From: an uncultured Gammaproteobacteria bacterium
Lineage (GTDB): Bacteria > Patescibacteriota > Microgenomatia > CAZETR01 > Amesbacteraceae
DNA: 64,000 nucleotides
Assembly: GCA_964633995.1 (NCBI GenBank)
Contig: CAZWKN010000003.1
Coordinates: forward strand, 5,750-69,749
Reading direction: 5' to 3'
Under the pieces are notes generated by a model. It saw only the letters and a list, made by a program, of their open reading frames with translations, ran no database searches and had not been told where the DNA came from. Shown piece after piece: positions 61,824-64,000 of this stretch (the stretch's first letter is position 1; each line of letters begins with the position of its first letter). A program made the translations under genes and the position numbers.

Positions 61824-62906
61824 ATGCAAAAAAATAGCAATCTTAAGATCTTGGCCATTGATACCTCGTGTGACGAGACGGCGGCGGCGGTAACCGAGGG
61901 TACAAAAATTTTGTCTAATGTAATTTGGTCACAGGCCAGTTTGCATGCCAAATATGGAGGCGTTCTCCCCTCTTTGGCTCAAAGAATGCACGAAGAAAGG
62001 ATTGATTGGGTTGTAAACAAAGCACTTCGACAAGCTCAGTGTAAACTAAACAAAATTGAATCAGTTGCGGTTACTTGTGGTCCGGGATTGGCGATTGCTT
62101 TGGGAGTAGGAATTAAAAAAGCAAAAGATGTGGCCCGAGAAATTGGTGTTCCAATCATTGGAGTGAATCATACAGAGGGGCACGTTTTATCGCCACTGGC
62201 GGAAGCAATAACCAAAAACCAAAATCCAAGAAACAAAATTTGTTTTCCGGCGTTGGGGTTGGTGGTAAGTGGGGCGAACACACAGCTAGTTCTAATTAGA
62301 AAAATCGGCGATTATCAGGTGTTGGCTGAGAAGGTAGACGATGCGCTGGGGGAGGCGTTGGACAAAGCAGCCCGCATGTTGGATCTTGGGTATCCGGGCG
62401 GAGCGGTATTGGAAAAATTGGCAAAATCTGGAAACCCAAAAGCTTATTCTCTACCATTGCCAATGGCAGGAAAGGAAGACAGAAATGAATTTAGTTATTC
62501 TGGCCTTAAGACTGCTTTTTGGAGACTAACTAATAACAAAACTTTTAGCAAGCAACAGATTTGCGATTTGGCGGCGAGTTTTCAAAACCGGGCGTTCGAA
62601 CACTTAACAAGAGTGTCGGAAAAGAGTATTAGAGCGGGAGAGTGTAAGAGTATAAGAACTTTGCTAGTTGGGGGTGGGGTGGGGGCAAATGTGGAATTGA
62701 GGAAGAGATTGAGAAAAGTGGCGAAGGATTTGGGCATGGAAACCAGATTCCCCTACTCTGCCAAGCTGTATGGAGACAATGCAGCCATGATTGGGGTCGT
62801 GGCGGGTTTTAAAGCAGCGAGAGGAGAGTTTTCAGATCCGGAAAAAATTGATAGGTTGCCAAGATGGAGTGTGGATGAAAAAATGGCACAAGAAGCTGTA
62901 AAATGA
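61824..62906 (+). CDS. tsaD: t6A threonylcarbamoyltransferase TsaD
   Basis: IDTSCDET, GPGL, HTEGH, GEALDK.AR, FSYSGLKT, DNAAMI. Confidence 0.97.
   Translation: MQKNSNLKILAIDTSCDETAAAVTEGTKILSNVIWSQASLHAKYGGVLPSLAQRMHEERIDWVVNKALRQAQCKLNKIESVAVTCGPGLAIALGVGIKKAKDVAREIGVPIIGVNHTEGHVLSPLAEAITKNQNPRNKICFPALGLVVSGANTQLVLIRKIGDYQVLAEKVDDALGEALDKAARMLDLGYPGGAVLEKLAKSGNPKAYSLPLPMAGKEDRNEFSYSGLKTAFWRLTNNKTFSKQQICDLAASFQNRAFEHLTRVSEKSIRAGECKSIRTLLVGGGVGANVELRKRLRKVAKDLGMETRFPYSAKLYGDNAAMIGVVAGFKAARGEFSDPEKIDRLPRWSVDEKMAQEAVK
62203..62237. repeat. 7-mer array in tsaD
   Basis: aagcaat aaccaaa aaccaaa atccaag aaacaaa. Confidence 0.7.
62623..62654. repeat. 8-mer array in tsaD
   Basis: agagtatt agagcggg agagtgta agagtata. 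Confidence 0.75.
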
Positions 62907-62909
62907 GGT

Positions 62910-64000
62910 ATGGATAAAGCGTTTGACCATAAAGTGTTTGAGTCTGAAATATATAAATCCTGGGAGGAGGGTGGGTATTTTAAAGCCAAAAAAACAGGTG
63001 TTCCTTATACAATATTAATGCCGCCGCCGAACGCGAACGCATCATTGCACGCTGGACACGCAATGTATTCTATTGACGATATAATGATCCGCTGGAAAAG
63101 AATGCAGGGTTTTTCCGCTGTGTGGATACCCGGGACCGACCATGCAGGATTTGAAACTCAGTTTGTCTATGAAAAACAGCTTGCCAAAGCTGGTAAGTCA
63201 AGAATGGACTTCGACAGACAAACGCTGTATGACAACGTGTATCAATTTGTAAAAGACAACTCAGGACTTATTAATAGTCAGTTTAGAAGGTTGGGTTTCT
63301 CTGCTGACTGGTCAAAATCGGTGTTTACGTTGGACCCCAACGTCATTGAACAGGTCGTAGCCACTTTTAAAAAAATGGAGACGGAAGGCAAGATTTATAG
63401 GGATGAATACATGGTTAATTATTGTACGCACTGCGGCACTTCATTGGCTGAACTGGAAGTTGACCACGAAGAGAGAGTTGATCCTTTGTATTACATGAAG
63501 TATGGCCCGTTTGTACTTGCGACTGTCAGACCGGAAACCAAGTTTGGAGACACTGCAGTCGCGGTACACCCCGACGACGAAAGGTATAAACATTGGATAG
63601 GCAAAGACATAGAAGTCGATGGTGTGATTGGCAAGTTTAAGGTGCGGGTGATTGCTGATGAGTTGGTCGACCCAAAGTTTGGCACCGGGGTGGTTAAGGT
63701 AACCCCCGCGCACGACCCCAACGATTTTGAGATGGGGAAGAGACATAATTTGGAAATTAAACAGGTTATTGGACTGGACGGAAGACTAAATGATAAGTGT
63801 GGAAAATATCGAGGTTTAAAAGTAAACGAGGCAAGGACCGCCGTGGTGGCAGATATGCAAGAGATGGGGCTTATCGACAGGATTGATGAACAATACATCC
63901 ATTCTGTAGGTGTTTGTTATAAATGCAAACGCGTGTTGGAACCAATGGTGATTTTGAATTGGTTCATTAAGGTCGCTGAATTGAAAAAACCTGTTATAGA
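62910..64000 (+). CDS. valS: Valine--tRNA ligase, 5' part (runs off window; not in ORF track)
   Basis: MDKAFDHK..., PPPNANASLHAGHA, PGTDHAG, ATVRPET, GTGVVKVTPAHD.ND. Confidence 0.97.
   Translation, partial: MDKAFDHKVFESEIYKSWEEGGYFKAKKTGVPYTILMPPPNANASLHAGHAMYSIDDIMIRWKRMQGFSAVWIPGTDHAGFETQFVYEKQLAKAGKSRMDFDRQTLYDNVYQFVKDNSGLINSQFRRLGFSADWSKSVFTLDPNVIEQVVATFKKMETEGKIYRDEYMVNYCTHCGTSLAELEVDHEERVDPLYYMKYGPFVLATVRPETKFGDTAVAVHPDDERYKHWIGKDIEVDGVIGKFKVRVIADELVDPKFGTGVVKVTPAHDPNDFEMGKRHNLEIKQVIGLDGRLNDKCGKYRGLKVNEARTAVVADMQEMGLIDRIDEQYIHSVGVCYKCKRVLEPMVILNWFIKVAELKKPVI

Noticed and set aside
63441-63898. Two minus-strand ORFs at the window end
   Set aside because: Antisense to the open valS frame

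Overview
Gene-dense chromosomal segment of a host-dependent CPR/Patescibacteria bacterium, probably Microgenomates-like. This is inferred from the missing rpmD/L30, short ribosomal proteins, many GT-C and pilus genes, and no biosynthetic pathways. Genetic code 11 (TGA is used as stop). It contains the S10-spc-alpha ribosomal cluster from the end of rplD to rpsK, followed by an RlmI/K-like methyltransferase instead of rpsD-rpoA-rplQ. Next come hrcA-grpE-dnaK, lepA, murJ, rpsT, pilN/pilO, two surface-glycosylation clusters, two UvrD-family helicases, rnhB, metG, tRNA-Cys, groES-groEL, a TsaC-TsaE fusion, tsaD and the 5' part of valS. No CRISPR array, transposase, integrase or phage gene was seen. 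The most notable patterns are not genes. (1) About 11 short degenerate 7-mer/8-mer tandem arrays lie mostly in frame inside housekeeping genes. (2) A TAnnnT -10 box sits 6-7 nt before about 20 start codons with no Shine-Dalgarno, implying leaderless transcription, and some divergent -10 boxes overlap. (3) Three CIRCE-like operators are present, two of them overlapping coding sequence. (4) Convergent genes overlap without terminators. Several start codons were moved from the supplied ORF track on this promoter or coupling evidence. Family assignments come from motif recognition, not database searches.
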